A stretch of DNA of 64,000 nt. It comes from Octopus sinensis (taxonomy: Eukaryota). The notes beneath the pieces were generated by a model. That model was given only the letters and a program-made list of their open reading frames with translations, was not told where the DNA came from and did not search any database. The stretch spans positions 103,850,001-103,914,000 of the forward strand of contig NC_043002.1 of NCBI RefSeq assembly GCF_006345805.1, read 5' to 3'. This document shows, in pieces, positions 40,385 through 52,679 of the stretch. The position numbers were made by a program, and so were the translations under genes. How positions within the stretch are numbered: position 1 is the first letter of the stretch; every line of letters starts with the position of its first letter.

Positions 40385-40987
40385 GTAGTAGTAGTAGTAA
40401 TAATAATATGGGTGGTAGTAGTAGTAGTAGTAGTAATACTGGTGGTGGTAGTTGTAGTAATAGTAGTTGCAGTGGTAGTGTTAGTAGTAGTAGTATTAGA
40501 TCTAGTAGTAGTAGTGTGGTGGTGGTGGTGACAAGTGAGGTTTGAGGAGGTGTTGGCGATGATAATGATGGGGGTGGTGACGGCCATAATGATTGTGACG
40601 GTGGAGGAGTGGTGTTGAGGGTGTTGAGGGTAGGTGGTGATGGGTTGACGTTAATGAAGGTGGCGAGAGATGCAATACGGATAATTATTGTGAAGGTGTA
40701 TGTGATTACGGGGTGGGTGGGGTGGGGGTGGAGGGAATTGCAAAGGGTGGGCGAGGCGGGCTGCGCTGTTAACGGACGATGCTGATGATGCTAGTGGTGA
40801 GGGTGATTATGGTGGTGTGCTGCTGTTGGTAGTGGTGGTGGTGGTGGATGCGTTGGTATGTCATGCTTGGGTTAATCGTAATGGCGGCGGCGGTGGTGGT
40901 GATTCTTTTTATATTGTTTCTGTTGCAAGTGGTGCTGCTGGCTGCGATGATGACGGTTGCGGCGACGGTGGTGGTGGTGATGGTGGT

Positions 40988-41019
<32 letters not shown>

Positions 41020-41050
41020 TGGTGGTGGTGGTGGTGGTGGTGGTGGTGGC
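38320..41050. repeat. 2.7-kb degenerate (GGT)n/(AGT)n/(GAT)n low-complexity block with a 30-bp minisatellite at 38505-38820
   Basis: Seen directly; unit GTAGTAGTGAAGGCGGTTGTGGTTGTGGTG in about 10 copies. Confidence 0.92.
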
Positions 41051-41739
41051 CATATTTGTAGAGTGATAGTTGTGATGATCGTCGTAAAATGGTAACAGAG
41101 CTCGTCTTATACATGTTTATCGAAGCGGCAGTGGTTTGCTTATGCGATGGCAATTTTCATTGTATTCTTTGCAAACATTTCTACCAAACTCCGATTCGAC
41201 TCCGACCAAATCTCTTCTTGTCTTGAATTCCTAAATTTCGGTTTTAAATATAAAGCTCTTTACTTTCACCAGTCTCGAAGAATCCTACAAATGTTCAACG
41301 ACCTATTCTTTTCCTTTTGATAAACTTTCAATAAATTGATGAAATAGACGCATAAAATTGCGTTTATCTTAGCGCAAATTTCACTTCCTGTTTTAAAATG
41401 TTTATCGTTGTAGATTTTTATTAAGACTTGGACAAATTTCTCACTATTATGCACGGAAGAGCATTTTATGTTTCCTATTTTCCACTACCAGATTTCTTTT
41501 ATAGAAAAGACGGTGGTGTTAAAATATTGCAATCCAGATAAGTTTTGTCACATTACCAAAAGATTATCGCAGCAATCTATTCACCTTTTAAAATGCTTTG
41601 TAACAGATCCTGAATAAGAAAATCAATCAGTCCGATTTTTCCTTCGCCAAATAATCAGAACTTGTGATGGACGCCCTAAGATTACAAGACAAAAGTTTCT
41701 ACTTTCTTGAAAGACAATGGTTTTAGAATTCATTTAAAT

Positions 41740-42240
41740 AAAGCAATTATGAGAGGCATTGATTATTGGGATCGACTAAAATAACTCAATCTTTACACTC
41801 TCCATCGCCGCCGGGAGCGCTCTACATCATTTGTGTTATGAGGAAAATATTCCAACAATATTGTACAAGTAGTGTTGGCATCAATTTTAGAATCCATTCA
41901 AGACGTGTCCTCGTGCTATCCGCCCACTACAAAGATCGAACTCAGGACACATAATATTACGTCACAATTACTTTACCTCAACCGATTCAGCTCTCTTTCT
42001 TACCATGCAAAAATACGTTAAAACGAAAACGGGTCACATAAAATTAAAAAGTTCATTGGACAAAATTCTTCAAAAAAACCCGGACCAAGCTCCAACAGTC
42101 GGATATGTCTCCAACACAAATAACTCTATGCTAGATTGGACCATGGTGCCCCATATATGACTAAAAGACTTCATCAGTTAGTGCTATTAAGTTAGACATA
42201 TCCTGGGCTTATACTAGCTGAAACCTATCAAAATTATTTC
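41740..42240 (+). mobile_element. CR1-clade LINE 3' fragment
   Basis: DYWDRLK*LNLYTLHRRRER (~41762) and KSSLDKILQKNPDQAPTVGYVSNTNNSMLDW (~42048), typical invertebrate CR1 ORF2 C-terminus, followed by a short 3' UTR. Confidence 0.8.
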
Positions 42241-43759
42241 CCTTCGTAAATGCTTGCGAAATATATTCATGAATTTACGTACAGGATTTCACATTTTTCC
42301 TAAACAATATCGCCGTTTTACTTACAACATATACGACGGTCATACTGAAAAAAAGGACAGTCTAGTGTATTGCGAGACAAATATTTTCTGCCACCAGAAC
42401 CTGTGATGAGTCCCCTACGTGAATGAAAAGCGGCAACGCACTCCTTTCGCTAATTCGCCAGGAAAAGAAGTGCCTCCACCTTGCTTATAAAAGTAAGCAT
42501 CAACATGTTAAGCACAAAAGAGCAGGGCACCTTATTATGAAGTGTGTGTATGCGCGGTGTTTCCTTGTTCCCTCTTGTAAATGACATCCATGCACAAAAG
42601 CTGAAATGATTTCATCCGATAAGGATGCAGACAGTTTAAGAAAATATTCATCGTTCCTTGGACGTTTGGCAAAAAATGTTGATATATACAACACCAGCAT
42701 TGATGATAATATTTTTGCAGGACAAATGTTGTTGATCGCTGCGTATCTAACATAAAACTCAAATGTCTAGTATTATGTAGAAAGTTGCCTGGCGTTCGAG
42801 AAAGCTGTTTTAAGGGTCCTACATATATGAGCTTTATGCTTGAACACAGGTCTAACACAGACGAAGCAAATTGTCATATAATTGATTAATTAGCTCAATG
42901 AGAAAACTTTCAATGATATATAAGTGAAACAAGTCTTTCCATCTTATTATTCCGTCTACAGGAGAATTATACAGCGGAACTTAAAGTATCGCAAATGAAA
43001 AACAAGCTAAGGATAACAACTTTACAGAAATGACAATGAACGATGCATTCAGGTAAAACATAAATATATATATGGTTCGAGCCAGGTCGATTTTGACGGT
43101 CGCCTTCGGCAAAACCGACCGTCAATATCACTTTGATCCAAGCGACGTAATTTTTTATTTATTTCGTTGGTTTTTAATATTTAGCATGACTTTTGAAATT
43201 CCTGTTGGTAATGTCTTACTGAAATTAATGCCAGACAACCTCAAACGGAGATAGGAAAAAAAAAACCATAAAGAATGCCCAGAAGATGATGTTCTGAAGG
43301 GAATAACTGATGGGTATGGTTGAGAGTCTGGTGGATGACACGTGGTGGATAATGAAAAGAGAAGACATGCTTGAACCGGACGGTGTAGATGGCAGAGACT
43401 AATTAAGACTGTGGAACAGAGAATGTTTGTGTAGTGGTTGATAGATGAGAGAAAGCGTGGCAATCGGTGAGTGTGTCAGCGAGAATGTTTGTTTATCAAG
43501 GGATACGACAAGAATTCATTCTGATATCCGTCTGCTTTTAGGGAATTTCTCTTCCCCACAAATGACCAACTATTCTTCCTAAAGGCATTGATATTTCGGA
43601 TGTTTATATAAACATACACGTCGTTTTTTTCTCACACAAATGCTACATTGTGACACAATGCTAAATTCATACAAATCTGGATGTTATTCAACTAGATCGA
43701 AATCATAGTATGCTGGCCACCGCCCAAATTATATTCACTTAAACAAAAGAAAAGTTCTT

Positions 43760-44130
43760 AACTAGAAAAGGTTGAACATCACAAGCACTCAAGAAGAAAT
43801 TAGGTGCATACACTGAAATATTTAGAGTGATACAAAACATAAACTGGCGTCAATGTATTAGAAACTGAAAGCTTAGAATGGAAGTTGCCGAACACAACTA
43901 TGAGTGCCCAAAGACTGTTACCATTTCTGGCATATTTCTGGAGAAATAAGCAGGAAGTTATACACAAGCTACTATGGTAAGAACCAACTCACGGAAAATG
44001 CAATAGAGGAGGGCCTGCTCAAACATTCATAGAACAACTCTCAGATGATACAAACCCCCAATAAAGTAAGTCGTGAATTGTAGAGTCGTTTTGTCAAGAA
44101 TGTTCATCCGTGGTCGCAGTGAGGATAAGA
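43760..44130 (+). mobile_element. RTE-clade LINE 3' fragment
   Basis: LKKKLGAYTEIFRVIQNINWRQ...YFWRNKQEVIHKLLW*EPTHGKCNRGGPAQTFIEQLSDDT, matching the RTE ORF C-terminus. Confidence 0.8.
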
Positions 44131-44631
44131 ATCGAGATCCAAATTAGAAATGATGTCGTAAATTTTCTCAACACACGATCGGTTGTGAAATTTTGCTTAA
44201 ATCTGCAAAAGAAGTAACGCTTTTGTTATATAATTCAAATTCTGTAATAAGAGTTTGTCAAGGTTATTAGGTCTTTTCTATGTCAATGCGGAAAAAAACA
44301 TGACATTTTCTCAGTAAGCACGACGCACTCGTTAGCAAAAGAACAATATGTGATAGCAACAATGCTATAATATATGACTGAGTTGATAGCAAATACATCA
44401 TATGCTGTATATCTACATATATACGTGAGTGTGTGTGTGCGCGCGCGGGTAGGTACGCGTGCGTAAGAGAGAAGAAGAGAAAGAGAGAGAGGGAGAGAGA
44501 GGAATTTCATGCAACCGGTTATTGAAAATACCGTTAGATGAAAGAACGAATGAAATAAAACCATTAAAAAATGTGTATCTATCAAAGGAATTGTATTTCT
44601 TCATATAACTCTATCTTTTTGCATGCTAAGC

Positions 44632-44677
44632 AAAACTGTCCGACGAACGGGAACGTGAAACTCTGAATAACAGTTTT
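44632..44677 (+). ncRNA. Type I hammerhead-like motif (core CCGACGA)
   Basis: AAAACUGU-CCGACGA-ACG(GGAA)CGU-GAAA-CUCUGAA-UA-ACAGUUUU: perfect 8-bp stem I, GNRA-capped stem II; tail ends at (TA)n near 44708. Confidence 0.7.
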
Positions 44678-44980
44678 TGTGATATTTTTGCTGCTTTTTA
44701 GTAAAGTATATATATAAATACTTGGGTATTTGCTAACACAGTTCAGCGCAGTAATGGTTAATTTCCAGATGGTAAATTTATAGTCAGAGTACAAGTGTTG
44801 CACTTTTGGATATCCATAAATATTCTCCTTCGCATTCAATTTGGCAGTGGGATTAACATCTTCAGGGCAAGCAAGCCAAACAGCTGCGCATAACATTACT
44901 TTCTTGTCCCGAATATATGTATGCATGTATGTATGTATGTACGCATGTATGCATGAATTATCTTTCAATTAATCCATGTG

Positions 44981-45018
<38 letters not shown>

Positions 45019-45149
45019 ATATTAAATTAGAGATAAAACCACTATTAGGCAAATCATACAATGAAAAACTTAAGCCAATACATAAGATTAATTAATTTAT
45101 GTTATTTTAAATATATATCAAAATTATTAAAAAAAGATAATTAGTATAA

Positions 45150-45212
45150 CACTACGATCGTTTCATGGCTGTTCAATTGTTAAAATTTCGGGTTACAGTC
45201 ATTCTTCAGGTG
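45150..45212 (-). ncRNA. Type I hammerhead ribozyme motif, canonical core
   Basis: CAC-CUGAAGA-AUGACUGU(22 nt)ACAGCCAU-GAAA-CGAUCG-UA-GUG; palindromic ACGAUCGU stem III; predicted GUA cleavage between 45153 and 45152. Confidence 0.8.
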
Positions 45213-45291
45213 ATTTAAATATATATGATGGCTATCCATTCATGACTGAGGAAGATCATCACTGACTATTAAGAACATTGTGCACTCAGAC

Positions 45292-45360
<69 letters not shown>

Positions 45361-45573
45361 GAGTGGTTTAGTTCACTGGTGATGTAAGTGAATAGGTACA
45401 ATGAATAAGCGGTATAATTGGTCAACGGTTATATTCCAAATTCACAGCTGAGGATCTGTATTAGACTTCCGTGTAAGCAGGTATATCGTAGAGGAAAAGG
45501 ACAACAAAAACCAAGGCAGGACGAGAATTTCAAAGCATTTATAATAATTTAATTAGGATAAGATGAACTTGAA

Positions 45574-45649
45574 GTCTTCTAGCTGTTTCTGGGATATCCC
45601 AAGTGATAGGCTAGTATGTCCATGCACTGGACATTCCATCATCAGAGAC
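45574..45649 (-). ncRNA. Type I hammerhead motif with mutated cleavage site
   Basis: GUCU-CUGAUGA-UGGAAUGUCC...GGAUAUCCCA-GAAA-CAGCU-AGA-AGAC; related remnant at 53124 retains GAAACAGCUGUC. Confidence 0.7.
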
Positions 45650-46199
45650 AAGTTTAAGGAATGAGAATAAAGATTAAAAGTAGGTTGAAGAATACAGACA
45701 GGAGAATAAAGTTCACCGTTCACCGTTTCCCAGATGGCATGGAGGATGGCTCGTAATTCATTGAAGTATAGGCCCTTAGCTATAATCCCAGATAAATCCT
45801 GACAGTATTTTGAATGATGCATTCATTTTGAAGTAATAGTTTAAGTGGTTAGCTATTATGCAAATCGTTCACGAGTTATATAGAGTGAGAAAAACAGACA
45901 TCAAGAAGTAGGATGTGAGTGAGTGGAGAGAAGAGAGAGAGAGGAGAAAGAGAGAAAAAACATGAATGGGATAGGTGCGGCAAAGTATGAATGAGAGCGT
46001 AGGTAAACGAAAATAAAAAACAACAAAACCAAAAATGAAAAATAAAAAAAAAAATTAAATGTTAAAAATAAAATAAAAGCAGAGATAAGATGGCAGTATT
46101 ACTCTTCGTAAGTGTCGGTTGGAGGTGAGAGGTTAGGCTGCAATAAGGGTGGAGCACTTGCAGATAAAGCAGAAGCGGTAGGTAATTATGTCTCTTAAT

Positions 46200-46279
46200 T
46201 GAATACCAATGAAACACTGGGGTCGATGAAATCGGATCGTCCCCTACCCACAAATTTCAGACCTTTTGCTTCCACTAGA

Positions 46280-46337
<58 letters not shown>
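46200..46337 (+). mobile_element. SINE family D 3' fragment with (ATT)n tail
   Basis: TACCAATGAAACACTGGGGTCGATGAAATCG...CCCACAAATTTCAGACCTT...TAGAAAG(TAT)n. Confidence 0.7.
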
Positions 46338-46719
46338 GAGTGAGAGAGCATTTCATGCACTCAAAGTGACACTGGGGTAAAATATACGAAGCCCAATATA
46401 CCCATCATGACTACCCGTCTGATAAGGGTATACCAGGCACATGCATCACAATCATATGTGCGCGATATGGTGATCTCATATCAAGATAAACAGCACATGA
46501 CCTTGCAGGTGGGGCCCAGTTAGAATTTTCTTCAGGTTGAGTAGCCCATCCCGCTCAAACGGTCCCTGAATAAGAGTTGTTTAAGGATGTAGAAAGAACC
46601 ACCCATGATCCCAGAGGTGAATTATTCAAACCCCAAAGAATCCCTCTCAACACATGACTATGATGCTCTCCCACTACTTCTGCTCGTGATCAGAGATGCA
46701 CATATCGTCAGCCACTAAG
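46338..46719 (-). mobile_element. Non-coding 382-bp insert bounded by (TAA)n; probable non-autonomous retroposon
   Basis: Complex sequence with sharp ends between two (ATT)n tracts, immediately 3' of the Dong-like LINE; strand inferred from the (AAT)n tail. Confidence 0.5.
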
Positions 46720-48195
46720 TATTATTATTATTATTATTATTATCATTGTTATTAATATTATTGCCCTTGCATAACTTCTAACTATGGATATGTGTCAGCT
46801 GTTCATTACCAGTGAACTAAGGTAACACCTTATTTTTTTGGCACATCCCGGAGTATTCGAGCGGTTCCAAGCAGTGCTGTTTTCTGCAAGTGTTCCACAC
46901 TTATTGCAACCCCTATTTGTTCCACGTACTTCTCGAGATTTTTGCTCACTCTTCCCAGGGCTCCGACAATTATTGGTACTACTGCTACCTTTTTCATCGA
47001 CCACAACTGCTTAATTTCCCAAGCTAACCTGTTATAACTGTCGACTTTTCTTTCTTCCTTATCGCATACCTTGCTGTCGGCTGGGTATGCTATATCTATT
47101 ATCCAGCATAGTTTGTTGTCTTTCTCAATTAAGACTCTGTCCGGCTTACTATTCTCAACCTCATGGTCGCGCTGAATCATAAAATCCCATAGGATCTTTG
47201 CATTTCTATTTTCGACAATGCCTTCAGGTTTGTGGTCGTACCGATTTATTGCTCTGTCATGTCCCTTATTGCAAAGTGTCCAGTGAACAAGCCTGGCTAT
47301 ATTGTCTTGCCGTCTCTTATATTCCTTCTGGGTTAGTGGCGTACATGGTCTGGTAATATGCCATAATGTTTCGCCGTTTTGTCCAAAGATTCTGCACTTA
47401 TCACTTTCTGCTGTGTTGTCTAATCTGTATTTTCGGTTGTTTGCTCTACGAGCTTGCTCTAGGGCAACACAGATTACAGCCTCCGTTTCTGGTTTTAAAT
47501 CCTTTTTAGTCATCCACAGCCATCTTTTCACTCTGTCTGTCTTATCATCAACATCCCTGTGAAATTGATGTATCCCCTTCTTTACCCACCTATTTTCAGT
47601 TTCATTCGTTTTCAATTTCTTGTATAGTGCTTTATCTTTGCAATCTTTTATCCTACACAAGCCTGACATTCTTACTTGTAATATTAGTTCTGTGGCATTT
47701 TTTACATACCATGCTATCTTGTTTTCTTCTGCTCTAATGCTGTGTTCGCATCCAATAAGTCCACTTCCCACCATTTTTCTTGGTGCATACAGTCTGTCTG
47801 CTTCACTTTTTGGGTGGAGTGACCCATATCTAGTTATCAATATCCTTGTCTTTCTGTCTAAGCTGTTTAGTTCGTCTACTGTCCATGAGATTACCCCAGC
47901 TCCATATCTCAGGAGTGAAACCGCCCAGGTGTTGATAGCCTTTTGATTTCATACACAGCTTTCCTCAGAAGCAGTATTAGTTGTATCAAGCACATTATAA
48001 AGATCTTTGGGGACAGGCAGCCCCCTTGAAAGAAGCCCCTTCCGAATTTCTACTGTCCATAAACTTCTTCCTTATGCTGTCATTTCCGTCCTTCAATTCG
48101 CTATGCTTTTTCCAAGCAATCGCTCGACATTCGATGCAATACCAAGCAGGGTCATAAATTCCATAATCCAAGAATGTGGGATCATATCGTACGAC
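46720..48195 (-). mobile_element. R4/Dong-clade LINE, 5'-truncated and internally deleted, inserted in (TAA)n
   Basis: RT fragment KSYDMIPHSWI...FQGGCLSP, then KAINTWAVSLLRYGAG; ORF 46830-47840 with a degenerate CCHC knuckle and the RLE nuclease ILWDF..KPDRVL..IIDIAYP; (TAA)n on both flanks. Confidence 0.93.
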
Positions 48196-48196
48196 T

Positions 48197-48199
48197 TAC

Positions 48200-48236
<37 letters not shown>

Positions 48237-48330
48237 GTTGTTGTTGTTGTTGTTGTTGTTGTTATTATTATTATTATTATTTATTATTATGATTATTATT
48301 ATTATTACTATTATTATTATTAGTAGTAGT

Positions 48331-48393
<63 letters not shown>

Positions 48394-48405
48394 TGTAGTA
48401 GTAGT
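48197..48405. repeat. Compound (TTA)n/(TTG)n/(AGT)n microsatellite
   Basis: Seen directly. Confidence 0.95.
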
Positions 48406-48544
48406 AAAATTACTTTAATCGTACTCCGAACGTTCTGGGGTATACATACACACACGCGCACATAGGCACACACATACGTACATACACACTCACATACACA
48501 CACGCACACGCAATATATATATATATAATATACACTTATACGTG

Positions 48545-48750
48545 TGTGTGTCTTTCTGTCTATGGCTGGCCCCACCATCCACCACTCCATAGCTTTTGGT
48601 GTGTTTATAACCCTGTAACTTAACGGACAGAATATGTACTAGGCTTTGAAAGAATAAGACCCGGGCGCGATTTCTTAAACTAAAACAACTTTTGGCGGGT
48701 CTCTAGCATGAGCGCAGTCAAATGATTGAAAAGTGCAAAAGAATAAAAAT
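48545..48750 (+). mobile_element. SINE family A, diverged 3' half
   Basis: GGTGTGTTTATAACCCTGTAACTTAACGG...CTAGCATGAGCGCAGTCAAATGATTGAAA. Confidence 0.7.
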
Positions 48751-48897
48751 AATATATATATATACATATATTCATAGACAACCTGACAGACGGGCAGACT
48801 TAAAGATGGTATACAAACTGACAGATAAACAAAGAAATATATAGATAGACAGACAGAGTGACAGAGAGACAGATAGACAGATAGATAGATAGATAAG

Positions 48898-49146
48898 TTT
48901 CTTTATTGGCCACACAGGGCTGTACACAGATGGGACAAGTTACAAGGTAGAGCTTTTCTTTTGGGGGATGAAAAAAACAAAAAATAAAAGAAACAAAAAA
49001 AAAGGTGGCGTAGGTTTTCGATCTAAAGGGATCGTAAAAGGGAAAAAGAAGAACAAAAAAAATATTTAAAAAAATAAAATAAAATAAATAAAAACATTTT
49101 TAAAAAGGGGAAGAAAAGGAAAAGGAACAAAAGAAAAGAGAAATGA
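48898..49146 (-). mobile_element. Retroelement-like 3' end with AATAAA, embedded in (GATA)n
   Basis: Minus strand is T-rich, then TGTACAGCCCTGTGTGGCCAATAAAGAAA followed by (CTAT)n; (GATA)n on both sides. Confidence 0.45.
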
Positions 49147-49165
49147 AAAAAAGAAGAAAAAAAGG

Positions 49166-49245
<80 letters not shown>

Positions 49246-50010
49246 CGAATGAGATAGATAGCTAGATAGGTTTTCCATTGTCATCAACAGGTCTGAAAGA
49301 ACCATTTTTGTTTGTTGTCGTGGTCATTGTTTGGAAACAAATGCTCCACACATGGAAAAGATGGCAATCAGAAATTTCCTAGAATCCACAGGAAACCAAA
49401 GAAATTATCCTATGGTGCTAATCCTATTTGCACTTGATTAATATCTAACCACTGTTAATTCATTAATGGTTTTCTGAAGCACATGTTAACAGGTGAGGGA
49501 ACGCAACAGCCATCGTCTGAATTCATCGTTAAAATTTCCTTGCTAGTTTGGACTGGAAATACTATAAACTTTCATCTTTTTGAATACTATAGTTAAAAGC
49601 GGTCATCGAAAGCAATGAAGATCGATATTCTCCATCTTTTTGGAACGTTTTAATGGACACTTTAAAAAAAAAATTAAGAGAGAATAAAAAGTGGATATTT
49701 GGTTAGAAAGAGAGTAAGCTTGGTAGGTATATATCGAGAGAATGGGGTCGATCTCCAATTTCACTCGTAGATCGGAAAATCACAGCTGAGTAAGAGAGAG
49801 AAACGGAGAGAATGAGATTGTTTTAAGTGAGAAAAATCTATGAGATTACATGACTTTGCCCTGAATACATATCATATGCTTCACGTGTAAACACTTTATA
49901 TTTTCACTTTCACTATTGACATCTATACGATTTCAACGCGAATGACAATGTTTCGATCTTGTCCCAGTAATATGACTCTGCACGTCGCCCGCTTAATGAC
50001 AAATATTAAC

Positions 50011-50295
<285 letters not shown>

Positions 50296-50799
50296 CATAT
50301 TTTTTCTAATATTTACATGTATATATATTTCTCCCCATTCCTTCGATTAATAAATGAATCCAAAGGTCAAGTCTATATAATTAATGGGTTATTTTGAGTA
50401 TTATCATAAATATATTGCCGCCTGGAAAGGTCAACTGACGTCAGTGGCACTGCTGGAATCGGTAAATAACGATGCAGTTACGTAGGAAGCTGGATATAAC
50501 AGACGTAAACATCCATACAAGCAAAGCACACACACACACTCTTTCTGAGGCGCGCGTAAAGCAATTGAGACGGTACACATACATACACACAAAAATCTTC
50601 GCACGATTATAAACATATACACACGTACATATACAGGGACACAAACACACACCACACACGCAACTTCGCAACTTGTTATTAGTTTAATAAATTCATATCC
50701 GCAATATTTCATTATTTGCGCGATTTTCCCCAAACCTGATAGAAACATACCAGTAAATATGTTGAATGACATATGTGTATATATATATATATTTATATA

Positions 50800-50832
<33 letters not shown>

Positions 50833-50857
50833 ATGTGTGCGTGTGTGTGTCTGTGTG

Positions 50858-50888
<31 letters not shown>

Positions 50889-50924
50889 CGTATATATATA
50901 TACATATTCATATATATATATATA

Positions 50925-51120
50925 TCATTTAGCTAGTATAGGTTGCGGCCATGCTGGAACACCATCTTGAAAACTCAATAGCCGAAAGAAGTGACATCAT
51001 TTCATATATATTTTAAAATCTTGTACTTTTCTATCGGGGTTTTTTGTCGAACAGCTAAGTTAAGAAAATCTGAACGCACATCCCTGGATTGTTAAGCGGA
51101 CCTGGGTGACAACTACAGAC
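50925..51120 (-). mobile_element. SINE family A, diverged 3' half
   Basis: TGCGGCCATGCTGGAACACC...TCTATCGGGG..GTCGAACAGCTAAGTTA. Confidence 0.65.
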
Positions 51121-51369
51121 AGATAGAAAAATATTCATCGATAAGTATATGTATGTGTCCGTGTGTAAATTTGTGTGTGTGTGTCTGTGTTTTGCGTTTC
51201 TATGTGAGTGCACAGAAATATATTTATATTTGTTATATACATGAATATTATATATATATTATATAATATATATATATATATATATATACAGAGAGACAGA
51301 GAGAGAGAGAGAGAGGAGATGGATATATATGTATGTATGCATATAATTGCACATAGATATCTATAACTA

Positions 51370-51404
<35 letters not shown>

Positions 51405-51405
<1 letters not shown>

Positions 51406-51600
51406 GAATTTACTAAAAGAAACAAAAGAAAAAGACGAGTTGCAGAAAACAAACAGATGTATTACTTTAACGCACGGTGAGTGAGAAAGTCTTTAACGTT
51501 TCAAGCCTACGCTCTTCAACAGGAAAGAACACATAAATAATCAGAAAAAAAAATGAAAAAAAAAAGTTTCGTGGCTAGCGACCTTTCATGGCGAATGTTA
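51405..51600 (-). mobile_element. PLE terminal fragment (family E) with hammerhead-like motif at 51490-51528
   Basis: GTCTTTAACGTTTCAAGCCTACGCTCTTCAACAGG, homologous to 27198-27236; flanked by (TA)n. Confidence 0.75.
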
Positions 51601-52409
51601 TATATATATACACACAAAAAATACATGAATACGCCTTCCAGCTTCTTAAAGTAAGAAATAGCAGAGCATAAATTGGTGAATGACAGTTTGTAAAAGGTAA
51701 GAAGTGTGTTGTTTGAATGTTTTACAAGGTGAAGGCAAATTAAAATTAGAAAAATTTATATTATGAATATATTAAACAAAACCCAAAAGCAAAAACAAAT
51801 AATTAGCCTTTAGGCTAATAAGAGTATTAGCCGCTAATAGATTAAGAATATTGAAGGTAAAAATTGAAAATGATGTCCTTATGTGTGAGCGGCATAAAGG
51901 GGGTGATATAATGAGCTGTCAAAAGCGCCTTAGAAGAAGAATGTGTGTGGATATTAAACAGTTAATTTAATGTGTTAAGAAAGCTTTTATCGATGAAAGC
52001 TTATTGAATGGGAATAGAAAAAATTACTTTGTGTTACGTATATGAAAAGAGAAAAAAAATGTGTTTGATTTAATAGAATTGAACAGTTTCGTTGCGCTAG
52101 GACTGTACGTTTTAGGATATTATGAGTAAACGAAAACATGGCGAAAAGAATATAAGTAAAATGAAGGAAGAATATGGCGCCAAATATTTTAATCTTGCGT
52201 AAGGAGAATAATGGGAGAATATCAGAATAATGTAATATATATACACATATATATACATATACATACATATATACAGTGATTTTTAGCCTTTATCATTGTA
52301 TACATATATACACATATATACATACATACATGGGTATATACATATGTGTGTGTGTGTGTGTGTGTGTGTACATTTACAATGTGTGCATTCGTGTATTTAC
52401 AGTTAGGCT

Positions 52410-52618
52410 GTTTTTACCCTTTTATTTGTTGCAATCTTGTGACTGCGGCCATGCTGGAGGACCGCCTTTGTCGAGCAAATCGACCCCAAGACTTATACTT
52501 TGTAAGGCTAATACTTATTCTATCGGTGTCTTTTGACGAATCGCTAAGTTACAAGGACGTAAATACACCAGCATCGGATGTCAGGCGATTGGGGGTGGTG
52601 GCAAACACTGATACACAA

Positions 52619-52625
<7 letters not shown>
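52410..52625 (-). mobile_element. SINE family A, 3' half
   Basis: GACTGCGGCCATGCTGGAGGACCGCCTTTGTCGAGCAAATCGACCCC. Confidence 0.85.

Positions 52626-52679
<54 letters not shown>

Noticed and set aside
38459-41153. Mucin-like poly-Thr, poly-Val and His-rich ORFs
   Set aside because: Trinucleotide low-complexity DNA with frequent frame changes and no unique domain or convincing splice structure
46830-47840. 336-aa ORF as a host gene
   Set aside because: It is the C-terminal part of a truncated Dong-like LINE ORF with a degenerate zinc knuckle
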